A stretch of 63,791 nucleotides of DNA, counting the filler, from Aduncisulcus paluster (Eukaryota), in assembly GCA_024181965.1 (NCBI GenBank). It is 4 parts of 4 records of this genome, joined end to end, with 100 filler letters (N's around TTAATTAATTAA, not from the genome) between each part and the next. Parts side by side here need not be neighbours in the genome. Positions count along the whole stretch, not along the records: positions 23,018 to 43,610 come from BQXS01012424.1; positions 43,711 to 61,155 come from BQXS01012427.1; 2 more parts are not named here. One strand, written 5' to 3'. The position numbers and the translations under genes were made by a program. The notes under the pieces were generated by a model, which saw nothing but the letters and a program-made list of their open reading frames with translations, had not been told where the DNA came from and ran no database searches. The number at the start of each line of letters is the position of its first letter. The stretch's first letter is position 1. Shown here one piece after another: positions 35,869-49,400 of this stretch.

Positions 35869-38800
35869 ATGTCAAGAAAAGAACTTCAGAAAGATACTTT
35901 GATTTTTGAGGATCTCTTGAAAATATGTAAATTACTTTCGATTATTGAAGGTTCCGCAAAATTCGTGGATAAAAAATCCGTTGAATTTCTTATGGACAAA
36001 CTCGCTGAGATTGGCAATATCACACAAGCCATTTCCCGTAAAGGTGTTGGCGGTGGAGATATAAGGGAAGATTGTGAAAAATATGAAGGTAAAAAAATGA
36101 AACAATTTGACAGATTAAAGATCCTTTCCCATATTTTTTCGAAGTCAAATCGAATTTCGGTTGAGAAAAGTATTCTTAAGGAAATATTCAAAGAATTGGA
36201 AGAGTACAAATCACGTTTTCAGACAATTTTAAGCAAATTTGAAATCCCCCCATCATTTAAAAAAGATGTAAGATTCCAAACGATCATAACCAAGAAAAGT
36301 GAATTACCGGATTCAATTCCCCCTATCTCAAAGAAAGAATTAACTACTCTCAAGAATGTGATTAATTATTTCTATCCTATGAGCCTTTTAACAAAAACAT
36401 CAGGTTATATCGATGAAATGAAAGAGGAAGAAGAGGAAGAAAAGATATCTGTTTCAGAAAAAATTTCTTATCAGAAAATAAGAGCCCATAAAATATTGAG
36501 AATTCTTACTGTTATTGGTGAAACTGCAAACGAATTTGTTAATAATTCATGTCCAAAACAATTAAAACCTCTCTTTATATCCTTAAATACCCTAAGAAAC
36601 AATATTGCTCATCCTTCTAAAATTGATGAAATGTGTTTATTTGTAATTGGCTTTGATAGCAGTAGAATTTCTTCATTATTTTCAGGTATTTCAGAGTGTT
36701 TTAAGAAAATGAAAGATAAGATTCAAGAGAAATTCCCCTCATTGGCTGTTTTTTTGGGTTCAGAAACAGACGCAACCCTTCGTGATTTAGAACTGGATGA
36801 TGTAGGTGAAATACCCTTCCTCTCAGATTTGCCAGGAATCAGTGATGAATTGAAAGATGGTCTAAAACCCTTTAAAAATGCCTCTTCACCACAAATGGAA
36901 AGAATTCAGAAATTTTCTGATATTTTGAAAGATTACCAAAAGCTATGGCCTGGTGGATTTGACTCAATATCCAAAGAAAAGAGAAGATTGAAAAATGCCA
37001 AGGATATACAAAAAACCGAGGACTTAGAAAAACAAAAGAAGTTTCTTCAATCATTGATTGATACGAAAAGAAAGCGAAAAATTACCTCCGATAGTATTTC
37101 CGGATACCTCGATGAAGAAAAAACATTCATATCAAATAATCTTGATCATTTTTGTAAATTACCCTATTATAAAGTCAAAGATGGTATCATTCCTTTTGAT
37201 ACCGCTTTACGTAGAAGATATTTCGAGTCAAAAGGTTTTCCTGATAGATCTAAATTTCACTGAAATTTAGATTGGCAATCGCTTGATCAACTTGCATTTT
37301 TTGTTTTAGATTGGAAAACAGAACTAGAAAATGTTATTAATACTATATCTGTTGAAATGGACTTCTTTTTAAATATTTTAAATACCAAAGTTCCAACATC
37401 CGTTATTGAACATTCCTTGACGGTTTTGGGTCAACTATTTCGAGATATAGACGAACCATTGCCAATTCTTAAACTACAATTTCGGGGTAAATTTCCTCTA
37501 AACCATACACAAAAACACTGTATGAAGGCATAGAATTCATTTTAAAGGAAGTGATAGGAATAGATCATCCAGGATCTGAGTTCTACAAGTCATTTTTGGA
37601 AACTATTTTGTGCCGCAATGCACATGTACACAATATTTTCTTTGAGAAAGGTCGAGATATTCTGGATGTTGTTAAGAAGGAAACTCTTCCGATGCAGAGA
37701 GAATGGAATGCAATTAAAGATATTGTCCATTTCTACTACGATCATTGTGAAGGAGGTCAATATAGAAATCCTTTATCAACATTTAATGAGGAAAAATCCT
37801 ATAAACTTGCTAAATATTGTTTGGATCTTGGGGCTCTGAAGAAAAACAGGGAACTTCTCGCTACTATTGCTCATTATCGTAAGAGATGTAGAAATACTCG
37901 TTTATCACATTCAAATGAAGAAATTAAGCAAGCTAATAAGGCTTATTATCAGTATGCCCGTGCATGTCGACTTGAAGCAGAGAGCAGAGATGATAGGGGT
38001 GAAGGATATTCCAATTTGGTTTCTGAAGCCTTCAATTATCACAAAGCAATTGATTTTTCTGTTGTTGAAAGAACAGACTTATGTAAATATCATAAAGAAT
38101 ATGGAATTCTAATATCGATTGATGCAGAGGCTGAAAATCCTCAAAAACCATATAATCATTTCGAGGAGTACTATGAAATGGTTAACAAAGCAATTCAATT
38201 GGCTGCTAACTCAAAGCAGTGTTCATCCTGCTTTTCAGAGATGGGGAGGTATCCAGTCAAATCAACAAACGAAGCAATTTGGTCGGAGATAGGAGACTGG
38301 ATTTCTTTTAGACCTATTATTCGAAGATCTATCAATTTTTTGCATCTCCGAGATCTCGAGTCGAGATATCTGACCGAGAAAAAGAATCCTTTGAAGATAT
38401 ATATGTTGATAGAAAAAAGCAATATTTGATAAATCAGAGTTCCAGAGTCAGATTGCTGAGTATTTTGTTCTTTTCTGATATTTCTGATAAAATTTTAATT
38501 AAAGATAATTTTTTACCAAAGGAACTTTGAAAGGATATATCTATTATATTTTTTATATTCTTGAAGACATCAAGCAGAAAGCAAACAATGTTCCAGGTCG
38601 AAGCAATGAGTATTTTAGAAAAGCCGTTGCAGAAGCTGAAGCTGAATTTTTCAGTTATTTTTGCAGATGGCTGATGAATGAAAATCTAGAGTTTTTTTTT
38701 GATGAAATTAAGAAAACATATATCAAATTACCGAGAAACCAAAGAAGAACAACAAAGAAAAACGATCATTTGAAGAAAAAAAATTCTCAATATGTGGTAG

Positions 38801-40005
38801 TATATTTGCATGGATTGCTGAAAAATCATGAATTATCAGATAAGACTCTTGAGAAAATCCTCCAGAAAATTGATACCTTTGAAAAAGTTGAGGTATATTG
38901 TGGCCTATTTTCCTTCTGTACAAGCTTAAGTATTAGAGATTTTGAAGAAAATTATATTTCTGAAGAAGATGTTTCTAGATTAATTTCTACATTCATGGAT
39001 AAATTTCCATCAAATTATTATTTAAAGAATCTGTCACCAATGATGAATAATTATGCAAAACTTTGTTTCACGAATAAGAATCACGATGGTTCCCTTAAGA
39101 TTTTAAGACAATTGAACAAAATGGAAACCAAAATATGTGAGAGTCCTCTGCCAAGCGTAAAAACGGAAGCGAATGGAGAATTTCTGCTTAGATTTTTTAG
39201 TAGATCCCAAACCTTGGACAATCTTGGAAGCCATTTAGCTGAAAAATATGCACATCAAACAACAAGGGATGAAAGCTTAAAAACGGAGGCCCTCTCACAT
39301 TTTAGAGAAGCAAAGAAGAAGTATATGACTTCGCTAATTTGGGACAAACATAGATCTATTACTGATGGTAGAAAATCAATATTACCTTCAACTTATATTC
39401 AAAATTTAAGTATTATTCAAGATAGGATCGATTGGTTATCAAAATCAAACTTCTCTGTTGAATTTAATGACTGGCGTTTTATTAATGGAAGAGTAGATTA
39501 TCGAAATTATTTCGCCCATTGCTTATGCCCCAATACCCCCGAAAAGATGTATCAAATGATTAAAGGAGCAGGAAATTATGATAAAGTCCCAAAATTATTT
39601 GAATATGATCGGAAAAATGAGGATTATGTAATAAGTGGAGAAAAATCGGCACGCCGCTTTACTACTCCATCATTGTTAGCAATACAACTTTGTTCCAGAA
39701 TATCAGAACCAGGAGTTGCAGTGAGAATTATCCGAGTCATGGAGAACAAAGGGAAGTCACTTTATGATTATTCAAAAAGTGATGTAAAATCATACCTGGA
39801 TCTGTTTCATGATCATCATCTTATACATGAAAAAGTATATGATGATGAATTTGCTACTGAATTGGGTAAGGTATTTCTATATTACTTTTCATTCATCAAA
39901 TGCCATTTTTCTGATAAAATGATTTTATTTGCTGTAAAAATAACCGCCAACAGAAGTGGGAATCCCGCTTTGAAGAATCTTATCATAAAGCATAAATCCC
40001 CTTGA
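35869..40005 (+). pseudogene. Interrupted large gene with three HEPN (DUF86/HepT-like) RNase motifs and helical/TPR-like repeats
   Basis: LRILTVIGETA..LRNNIAH (36592-36612), EHSLTVLGQ..CRNAHVH (37614-37631), YRNYFAH (39502-39519). The pieces join via one in-frame TGA (37261) and three -1 shifts, best placed at homopolymers ~37511, ~38379 and ~38526. Confidence 0.65.
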
Positions 40006-40106
40006 ATATCATGCACGGCTTGTATGGATATACAACGGTAGCTTCAACAGACAAGAAGTTTAACTTAAACTTTTATTATTTTGTCACGTAATCAATACGA
40101 TCCTCA

Positions 40107-43100
40107 TTATTTCCCATATTTCCTGATTGAATCATAATCGTCAAACCGTTGTTTCAAATGGTATTTTGTCGAAATGAACTCGTCATACATCTGCTTTGAA
40201 GTGTGTGATATGTGAGGAATTGGAGAACTTGAGAACATTCTCAACACATTAGAAAGAATAAATTTATGTGTTTCAATCATCTTTGCAGCTGCGTCAAGCT
40301 GATCCAATTTCTCGGCGTCACGAACACGACGTTTACATTCGGCAATATTTTTCATAATCAAACGATCACACACTAATATTCTTGAGAAAGTATCACTATA
40401 AAAGTATGCCGGAAAATGATTTTTCCATATATCCCGAAAAGCTATACGCTTTCGAACGATAAGAGATGTTGAATTTCCTGTGGTTTTCCTTTCCGATGAT
40501 AATACTTGTTCAATCGGTCCCTTAGATTTTAATTCACTCTCTAATCCTTGTTGTTGTTGTGCTAGAAGTTGACCTGAGGAAGGATTAGACGTTGAGTCAC
40601 GTGGAGCATGTTTTGATGAGCCCAAATATTTCTCTTCATCTCGTTTGTATTTGCACAAAGCATTGTAAAAACAGTGAACATATAAACCATCCAAGACCAT
40701 ATCAATCTCTTGTTGGAAGGTATCTGGCATTGGAGCCCGAAATAGATGCTGAGAAAAAGCATTAATATCGGATATTAGCAAAGAATTAGCAACAAATAGC
40801 TTTTTCAAAAGCATTACCCAAAGAGCGAGTGAATCAATAATTTCTAAATACTCAACAATCTTGGCATTGGGACGCATACGAGGAAGGAAAGGCAAGTAAG
40901 GAAACTGTTGCCCAAGACTTGTTGACATTTCGTCATGGCTGAACCCACCTTCTCTCTCTTGCCGTATTCCCCTTGAAGTTTCAATGGAAATGGCCTCTGA
41001 AATAGCAGAGATCTCTGACCGAAGTGTTTTTTCTCTCACAGAACTTGAGGAAGGCCTTGTGGCTTCAACATGAGGTCTATTTTGACAATATGAATTAGGT
41101 AACCGACAAGCACACGTATCAATGATCCGCAGCATCGACCGCAGAGATTGAATAAGATATCTTGAGAAAGTAATCATCCAAGGAGGATGTTCTACTGATG
41201 GCAATGTGATAAATACATTGACTTCTTGCATCGGAGTATCATAACACAACCTTCCAAGAGCATTTTCATAGAGTTTAATGTTGGGAGAAGACTTGAGATG
41301 ACCAATCTCCTCGAGTTGTCTGTCATATTGTTTCTTTAACTCGCGATATGATTCATTATATTGTCTTTGTTCATCGTTAACACGGTTATAATTAATGCTA
41401 TCTTGAGCCTCGTAAAAGAGTGCAGCTTCTTTGGCCTTTTTCTCAATTTCATGTTGACAGTTTTCCATTTTTTCCCTGAATGCAACTAGCTCATCCTTGG
41501 ATGGATATTCATAGTGGAATGACTGTGAAATTATCTCAATATCAACCGTAGCGACAGAGGTCTTTACAATACAGACAGTAGTCTTGGATTTATCATCTTC
41601 TGAAGCTAAATCCTTTTTTGCAGCATCATTTGCATCAAGATCACCTTCTTTAGCTTCAATATCATTTGAAACAGATGAATGATTGGCATTTGTACTGCTG
41701 GCATTGACTTGGACAAAACACGACTCTGTCTGGCTCCATAATCTATTCCCAATCTCGTGCGCCATTCCAAATGTCATCAAACCATCACAGATACCAGAGA
41801 ACAGATAAGAGAGAGAAAGAGCAAAAGATGGACGCAAGGTCGTTTGTGACACATTTGAAGGGGGAATCTGAAGAGAATTGGGCCAAGGGAGGAGATATTC
41901 ACCGGGTGGGAATAATTCTGGGTGGTATTTTGAAAGATACGCACGTTGATACGTTGTTTTAGCGTTTGTGTATGCAGAAGCTTCTTCAATTTGCATGAAT
42001 GAACACCAATTATTCTTCCAAAGCTCTCTCCGACCAATCCACTTCTGTTTCCTTTCGAAAAAGTCCTTCTCTTCGTCCAACCTACGATTTAATTCATTGA
42101 ATATGATTAAAATTACTCCAACTGCGCATGCAAGGCTTCTCTTTCTCTTTTTCCCTTCTGAAAGGAAGTAAGAGGCAAAATGGCTTTGAAGGATCGACAA
42201 GGCATATGTCGGAAAAAATGATCCAATGTGAGATAACAAAGATATGACAGCAGGAAAGCACGATGTAGCATATGAAACAAGACAAGGCACCAAGGAAAGC
42301 AATGAAGTGAAAGAAGAAGGAAGAGTCGGATGGATTATGCGAAGGAAAGAGAGATGAGAAGAATTATAATGAGGAGATACTGCCATAATAGAATTTGGCT
42401 GCTTGGGAGTTTCATACGATTTATAGTCTCCTGTACGCAATAAATTATAAAATGATAACGTCTGTTGTAATTTAATTTGATAACCATCTTTCATACAGTC
42501 CTGCCATTCAAACCAATACTCACACTCCCTCATTTTCTCCTCAGAGTTCATAAAGTCACATTCTTCATTCATTTCCTTAATATCATACTCCGATTGACCC
42601 CAGTTCGATTCTATTTCCGTAATTTCTGAGAATAGACCGATATTCACGGGAGGTTTCATAGAAATTAGATTCCGAGGAAACATTTCTTGACCTTTTTGAC
42701 CCTCAACAGAGCCAGAATCAGAAGATACATTGGTAGGAAGACAGATATGTGAAGAAGAGTCTTGTGTCCGAACATCTTCTTTCTCTTCGCCTTTTCCTTT
42801 TTCTTTGTCTTCTATATCGGAATTATCTTTCTTCTCAATTGACGTTGGATCCAATGAATTATTTCCATCTCGTTCCTTTGTTTCCTTACCATTTATCTTA
42901 TCTTTTCTCATCTTCTCCTCCTCCTCCTCTTCTTCTCCTTTCTCCTCTTCTTCTTCCTCTTCCTTTCTTTCTTCCTCCTCCTCTTCTTCTCCTTTCTTCT
43001 CCACTCTTCTCCAATCTTTCCACCAAACCCCCAGATTGATAAGGTCACGAACATGGTCCTTTCTCATTGGTCTGACCATCTCACAAACGCACAGAATACA

Positions 43101-43610
43101 ATGGGAGAGCATTTCTCTGATTGTCTCTTGATAGGGGATTAATTGTGACGTAATGGATATAAACTCACATAAGGAAGCCAAGGAAGAGAGTAGAGAGCAA
43201 GAGGGCAGGCATGGAGTCTTGGGCTCTGAAGGATGGATAAAAGATAGTTTAGACTGGACAGATGGTTTCAATTTTAAGGCATGGGAATCATAACCATCTT
43301 CGTATATATGAGATCTCCATTCTTCAAGTTCTTTACGGTATATAGCTCGACACTCTGAACGAGCTCTTCTCTCCTCTTCTCTTTGTCGTTTCCACTCTTC
43401 GACAGACCATTCTGAGGCACTCACAATGACATCACACAAATTCTCACACAGATCCTCAACCAAGGACGAGCAACATAGGAAATGAGTTGTTTCGGATAGA
43501 GTCAAACGTTCGATCGAAAGAGATATTGAACTTTCTGAGGTATCAGAGTCGACTTTGGATTGTTTTACAGGCTTAGATGAACTAAGACCATTAATTCTTT
43601 GATTCTTGTT
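40107..43610 (-). CDS. Large hypothetical protein with Glu-rich insert, 5' truncated at scaffold end
   Basis: Frame is open from the linker at 43610 to the stop at 40107 (>1160 aa); no family recognised. Confidence 0.7.
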   Translation of the reverse strand, partial: NKNQRINGLSSSKPVKQSKVDSDTSESSISLSIERLTLSETTHFLCCSSLVEDLCENLCDVIVSASEWSVEEWKRQREEERRARSECRAIYRKELEEWRSHIYEDGYDSHALKLKPSVQSKLSFIHPSEPKTPCLPSCSLLSSLASLCEFISITSQLIPYQETIREMLSHCILCVCEMVRPMRKDHVRDLINLGVWWKDWRRVEKKGEEEEEEERKEEEEEEEKGEEEEEEEKMRKDKINGKETKERDGNNSLDPTSIEKKDNSDIEDKEKGKGEEKEDVRTQDSSSHICLPTNVSSDSGSVEGQKGQEMFPRNLISMKPPVNIGLFSEITEIESNWGQSEYDIKEMNEECDFMNSEEKMRECEYWFEWQDCMKDGYQIKLQQTLSFYNLLRTGDYKSYETPKQPNSIMAVSPHYNSSHLSFLRIIHPTLPSSFTSLLSLVPCLVSYATSCFPAVISLLSHIGSFFPTYALSILQSHFASYFLSEGKKRKRSLACAVGVILIIFNELNRRLDEEKDFFERKQKWIGRRELWKNNWCSFMQIEEASAYTNAKTTYQRAYLSKYHPELFPPGEYLLPWPNSLQIPPSNVSQTTLRPSFALSLSYLFSGICDGLMTFGMAHEIGNRLWSQTESCFVQVNASSTNANHSSVSNDIEAKEGDLDANDAAKKDLASEDDKSKTTVCIVKTSVATVDIEIISQSFHYEYPSKDELVAFREKMENCQHEIEKKAKEAALFYEAQDSINYNRVNDEQRQYNESYRELKKQYDRQLEEIGHLKSSPNIKLYENALGRLCYDTPMQEVNVFITLPSVEHPPWMITFSRYLIQSLRSMLRIIDTCACRLPNSYCQNRPHVEATRPSSSSVREKTLRSEISAISEAISIETSRGIRQEREGGFSHDEMSTSLGQQFPYLPFLPRMRPNAKIVEYLEIIDSLALWVMLLKKLFVANSLLISDINAFSQHLFRAPMPDTFQQEIDMVLDGLYVHCFYNALCKYKRDEEKYLGSSKHAPRDSTSNPSSGQLLAQQQQGLESELKSKGPIEQVLSSERKTTGNSTSLIVRKRIAFRDIWKNHFPAYFYSDTFSRILVCDRLIMKNIAECKRRVRDAEKLDQLDAAAKMIETHKFILSNVLRMFSSSPIPHISHTSKQMYDEFISTKYHLKQRFDDYDSIRKYGK

Positions 43611-43710
43611 NNNNNNNNNNNNNNNNNNNNNNNNNNNNNNNNNNNNNNNNNNNNTTAATTAATTAANNNNNNNNNNNNNNNNNNNNNNNNNNNNNNNNNN
43701 NNNNNNNNNN
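43611..43710. other. Artificial scaffold linker
   Basis: N-TTAATTAATTAA-N, 100 nt. Confidence 0.95.
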
Positions 43711-44011
43711 TATGGAAACGATTGTTCATCCCTTTGTCCTGTTTCTGATGATCTTGGTTTGTGCAGTGGATCTTCTCGTGGAACATGTGAAGCTGCCACC
43801 CATACATGTGTGTGTGAGTCTGGGTATTATGGCTCAGCATGTAACCTCTATTGTGATAGTTTGTCAAAATGTGGTCTGCATGGTCGATGTGCTGTCGGTG
43901 ATCTATCTTCCTCTTCTGATACTTCTGAGACATTGTATTGTGAGTGTGATGCTGGATGGAATGGGTCAACATGTTTCACCCAATATCCTGTTGAGACTGT
44001 TGAATATGTGA

Positions 44012-44043
<32 letters not shown>

Positions 44044-45396
44044 ACAAACCCGACGATTGTTGTCATTGATTATGTGTGTGGTATCAATTACTCCACAGAT
44101 CCATCTTCATCATATTCAGACTATGGAATCTATTCACCAGACACTGACACATATTCGTGTGACTGTTCCTCCTATGGTCTCATTACTGATGCATCCACAT
44201 CCACATGCATTGATCCTGCGACTCATCCTGAATACAAGGACATTGCTGGAAATGACACTGCTTGCTTGACCTGTGGAACAACCACGGATAGTCATGGCAC
44301 ATGTGTGTTTGGTGAAGGAGAAGATAGTTTCACGGCCATGTGTCAATGTGAGTATGGATGGGGCAATGTTAGTAGTGTTGCTACTGATGCTACTGATGCT
44401 ACTGATGCTACTGATGCTACGAACAATCCAACTTCTTCTTCGTCATCCTCTTCTTCCAGTTCATCATCATCAATGTGTTCTGTGGATGTATGTGGAGTGG
44501 AGACTCAATCAGCATCCAATTCGCTTTGCTCATCCCATGGCACATGTAGTGTCGTGTTATCTTCGTCCTCTCCTTCACTGCCATTGTTCTACGAATGTTC
44601 GTGTGAAGACGGATGGAATGGACAATCGTGTGCCGAAGAGGACTCATTTTGGTCGCTGTTTGTCATCATCATCTTTGCTCTATCGTTCATTATTCTCATC
44701 TTTCTTGTGTATATCATTTACTTGTGTTGTGTGATCAAACGCATGGAACGATCGATATCTGGGAGTTCTGTCCTCAGCAACCGAAAAGTGAAACATCGAA
44801 AGCAGGTTGTGACTGTGAAAAGGAGGAAGAAGAAGACGTTATTGAATCAAGGTCTTGTGACGAAAGAGGAGTCAGCAAATAAGATCCATCCCTTGCATCC
44901 CTTGCGTCCCTTGCATCCAGTTCAAGATGCAGAAGAAGAAATGGTGTCTGTTCTTCCTTCAATGACATCTCCAGTAATGATTCAACATGATGTTCATGAT
45001 CCAGATTCAAATCCTTCTTCCTCTTATTCCTGTTCTTCCTCTTCTGACGATGACGATAGAATGAGAGAAATCCAAGACTCAGAGAAGGCAAAGGGGAACA
45101 GACAGAAGCAAAGGCAGAAGCAGAAGCAGAAGAAGCGATTGCAGAAGAAAGTGATGATACGGAAGAAATCGACACCGATGCCGAAGATGTTATCAAAAGA
45201 GGAGAATGATGATGCTCATCCAAGAATATCCTCAGATAAGAGTGTCCATGTCCCTTCTGGTCGTGCTGAGGATGAATGTGATACCGATGCTTTGCAGGAG
45301 ACATTGCAGAAGAAGAGCACAAAGAACAAGAGGAAGAAAGGGAAAGTGATCAGGTCACGACAGATTGTGAGACGAGCAATCAAACAAATGCCTTGA
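43711..45396 (+). CDS. EGF-like repeat type I membrane surface protein, C-terminal part
   Basis: CVCESGYYGSAC, CECDAGWNGSTC and CSCEDGWNGQSC EGF motifs, one TM (FWSLFVIIIFAL...), basic cytoplasmic tail. Confidence 0.85.
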
Positions 45397-46424
45397 TGAT
45401 ATTTGGAATGAGTTCGATTCAAAGTCCCATTCAATGAGTCATTAGTTGAATGATTGGACTGATGATGTATGTTTTTTACTGTGGTGAACCGTAGAACCAA
45501 CTGTGAGATTTGCAGATGAAATAGATCATGATGATCTGATCATCCAAGAAACCGTAACAGACATTCATGAATAATCGGTTCGATTCTTTTTTTCATAAAT
45601 TATGAATCGTTATAATTTATAATATTTCACACTGGTCCTATTTCGTTGAATTATTCAAGTCTTGAATACATTGATTAAATCTATAACAAACTATTACGAA
45701 TAATAGTGATTATTGATAGGTTTAACGGGGTGATGATCACAATTGTTATCGTGGCCTATCCCTACACAATGTCATAATCATTATGATCATAATGAATAAT
45801 TGTAATTGAGTCCATATATTATATAGTTTATATCTATATATAGCCGCTATTATAGCCCTTGAGCGCAAATATTCTTTTGTATGAGTATCTATATATTCTA
45901 TAGAGTCTGGAGAACAAATCAAAATTTACTACGAGTCGGTGTATTAGAAATAATATTTCTATAATAATTATAGCTATAATTAGAACATAGAGTCCGAAAA
46001 TAGAATATTCTCATTCCAATACACGGCATTCTAATACCACACATTAAAATTTCTAGCAATCGGATAGAGAAAAACTCGATTGAGAAAAACACATATATAT
46101 ATTCCAAATAAAGTAAGAATGAGAAGGATTATATCCTTTCATTATTGATATTGTGGGTAAAACATATTCGGTGAAAGATGAAAGATATTCAATTAAGAAA
46201 ATGAATTTCCATGGAGAGAGAAAAAAACAAAGAAAAATAGGTTTAAGAATTAAATATTTCAATGATGGGAAAAAGAAGTAAATAAAATTAAATATATAAA
46301 AATAGACAAATCAGGAAAATAGATATTTAAAATTAGAGATGAAAAAAAGAAAAAAATGAAAAACAGTTGCAAAACAAAGAATCGTTTTTAAATAGCAAAA
46401 AATATTCATATAGAACAAACGATA

Positions 46425-49400
46425 TCACATAACAATGAATTCATGGGCAGGTCTAGGTAACACTGCATGTGGATTGAGAACATTATTAACATCAAGAGCC
46501 TTCTTAATGGCACGTAGAGCCTCGAGGCCGTTGTATCCCAATTCCTCGGCCAAGAATGGAATCTTATCTCTTCCCATACCGTGATCTCCAACAACACTTC
46601 CTCCCATTATGAGACTCCTCTCAGCAACAAGGTTCATGATTTCATGAGCAATGGCGACATTCTCAGTGTTGTCAATGTCCACAGGGATCAGCAAATGCAT
46701 CGTGTTATTACCAAGGTGAGAAACGATGGGAGCTTTCATTGTGTAATCCATTTTCAAATCTCTCCTGATCATATCGACAGAGGTAGAGAGTTCAGAGAGC
46801 GGGATGGAGGTATCGGTCTCGAAAACAGCAATGTTCTTGCCAGATTCACGGTAGAGAGATTTCAAAGCATCAAAAATCATGACGGTAGGTCTCCAAAGGT
46901 AGGTTCCGACCTGTTTCTGATCAGTCAATTCAATTGTTACGACCTTACTGCCAATCATTCTCTCAAGTTCCTTACGAATGTGGTTAAGTTCAGAGGCAGA
47001 ATCACCTTTAAATGTAATGAACATGTGTGGCAATGGCGTCAAAGACTTGGCAATCTCCAATTCTTCTGGCGAAAGCTCATCCATCACAGCCTTACCAGCC
47101 TTGGATGCAGCATATTCAAGGATAATTTCAATAGCATCACGATTCATCATTTCCATTGAGTTAATTGAAAGCTCAAACTTAGTACGAATAGTTGCGGATG
47201 CTTCCACAAGGTCGTGTAAATTATCAAAGGCAGCCCTGACATACAAAGAATGGTAAGAGATTGGATTGGCAATCATGACAACACTAGTGATAATCCCCAG
47301 AGTTCCCTCGCTTCCAATGAACATTTGGAGCAGGTTACCGGCAGTGGAGTGAGTCGTGGAAGAGCTACCAACGTTAATGATCTCACCATTTCCGAGAACA
47401 ACCTCAAGCTCAATCACTTGGCTCAACATATCATGTCTTGCACTGTTTCCTTGGGTACCCATACTCACAGCACCTCCGATGGATGGATTCGCAGTGGAAG
47501 TCCAAGGAATGGTGAGAGAATGGGAGTGAAGGTAATACTTGATCTCATTCATTCTGGCACCTGATTGAACATGGATCAGACTGTCAACAGGATCTACACT
47601 AATAACCTTGGAAAGAGAAGAGAAATCAAGTTTGACACACTCGGTTATCGCAGTAGACTCATCAGAGATCTCATAGAGAGCAGCAGTTCCAGCACCAACA
47701 GCGTTAACTTCAATTTTATGAGCACTTGCAGCTCTGACAATGAGAGAAACCTCGTTCGTGTTGCGTGGTGTCAGAGTCATGATTCCAGTCGAGGCCCTGA
47801 AAGAGATGTTATTGTCTGGGATAAAGGGGGAAATCTGACCTAAAAATGACGCCAAACGAGGGAATTGGGCAGAGTCGAGACGGAGAGAACCAATTAAACT
47901 TCCAAGATTGGCATCAACAGAGCCATCAGCGTGGAAAGGAAGAGGGGTCCCATCAAGCATGACATTGTTGCCGTTGTTCTTTCCTTTCCCTTCGGACTTG
48001 CTGATGTTCTTCTTGTTCTTATTGGACGGATCCATATCAATTGCAGAATTCTTTCCAGCTTCTCTACCAAACACAACACACTCAAGAAGACTATTGCCTC
48101 CGAGACGGTCTTTTCCATGGACTCCGCCGGTAACTTCACCGGCAGCATACAATCCCTGGACGACTTGGAGCGATTTAGTGAGTACTTGAGCCTTTGGGTC
48201 GATCAGAACACCTCCCATCGTGTAATGGACAGCTGGGGTGATAGCGGCAACATAAATTGGTTTATCAGGGTCGATCTTAGCACGCAAGACAGCTCTCCCA
48301 AAGTCAGCATCCACTCCATCCTCGAAATATTGAGAATAATGGGATAATTCAGCGTTGATTACAGAATAATCAATCTCATTGTCAGTTCCTTCAAGAGATT
48401 CAACAAAGGCCCCAACATCTTCGTAACGAGTGAAGAATCCACGCACTTTGTGATAGAAATAAAAGTTTGGACCGAAATCTTCGACTGCAGCATCATCGAG
48501 AATCAACCAAGCAGTACGCGGAGCATTTGGGATGTTCTTATAGTTAGTACAGTTGTCAAAGATAGCCTGAGAAACAAGCATACGCCTGGAAAGCTCATTA
48601 ACGAATCTTTTACCGCTCTTGTCGGCCTCAATGTTATTGGCGACCATGATTCCACCAACTCCTCTCAAGGCTTCGGCAGCAAGCACCTTGGAAGGGTTCA
48701 GAGGATCCTTGGGATCAATGAATGACGTTGGGTGAATCTGAATGTTAGACAATTGAATGAGATCACCACCAACATCATGGGCAAGCTTCAACCCATCACC
48801 TGTACTCCACACTCCATTTGTGGATGGTAATCCAAGCATTTTGGGCGAGTAAGAGGACAAAAGTTCCTGATTGAGGGCATATCCACCAGTGGCAAGGATA
48901 ACGGCGTTACATTTGATTGACTTGGTGACATTTTTCTTAGAATCATAATATTCAACGCCAGTCACAAAGGTTTTATCATAATCAGTCACAGAAGAGTCAT
49001 CGGTAAGCACTTTCTTCACGGCTGCATTAGTAATGATCTTGATGGAAGTTTTTGTTTCGATAAACTCAAGAAGACCCTTCATAATGAAAGCACCTGATCC
49101 CATTGCCTTATCACCAGGCCTAATCAGTTGACGGTGAGTTCTGGGACCACTGTGGCCTCCAATCTGAGCCATTTTCTCAAGGGTAACTCCATGATCATCA
49201 AGGAATTGGACAGAGGCGGCAGAGTCTCCAGTTAATTTATAGACATTCTCAATGTGACCATGTTCAGATCCAGCTTTAATGGTATCTTTGGCAAATATAT
49301 CAACAGAATCTTCCAAACCACCAGGAATCTTGATTGAGTGGGGGGTATTCACAGCATTAATTCCAGAAGATGCCTTTTGTGAATTTCCACCAGTCCTAGA

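Noticed and set aside
46581..48725. Multiple + strand ORFs antisense to the fumarate reductase fusion
   Set aside because: Antisense shadows of a codon-biased gene, with no recognisable motifs.
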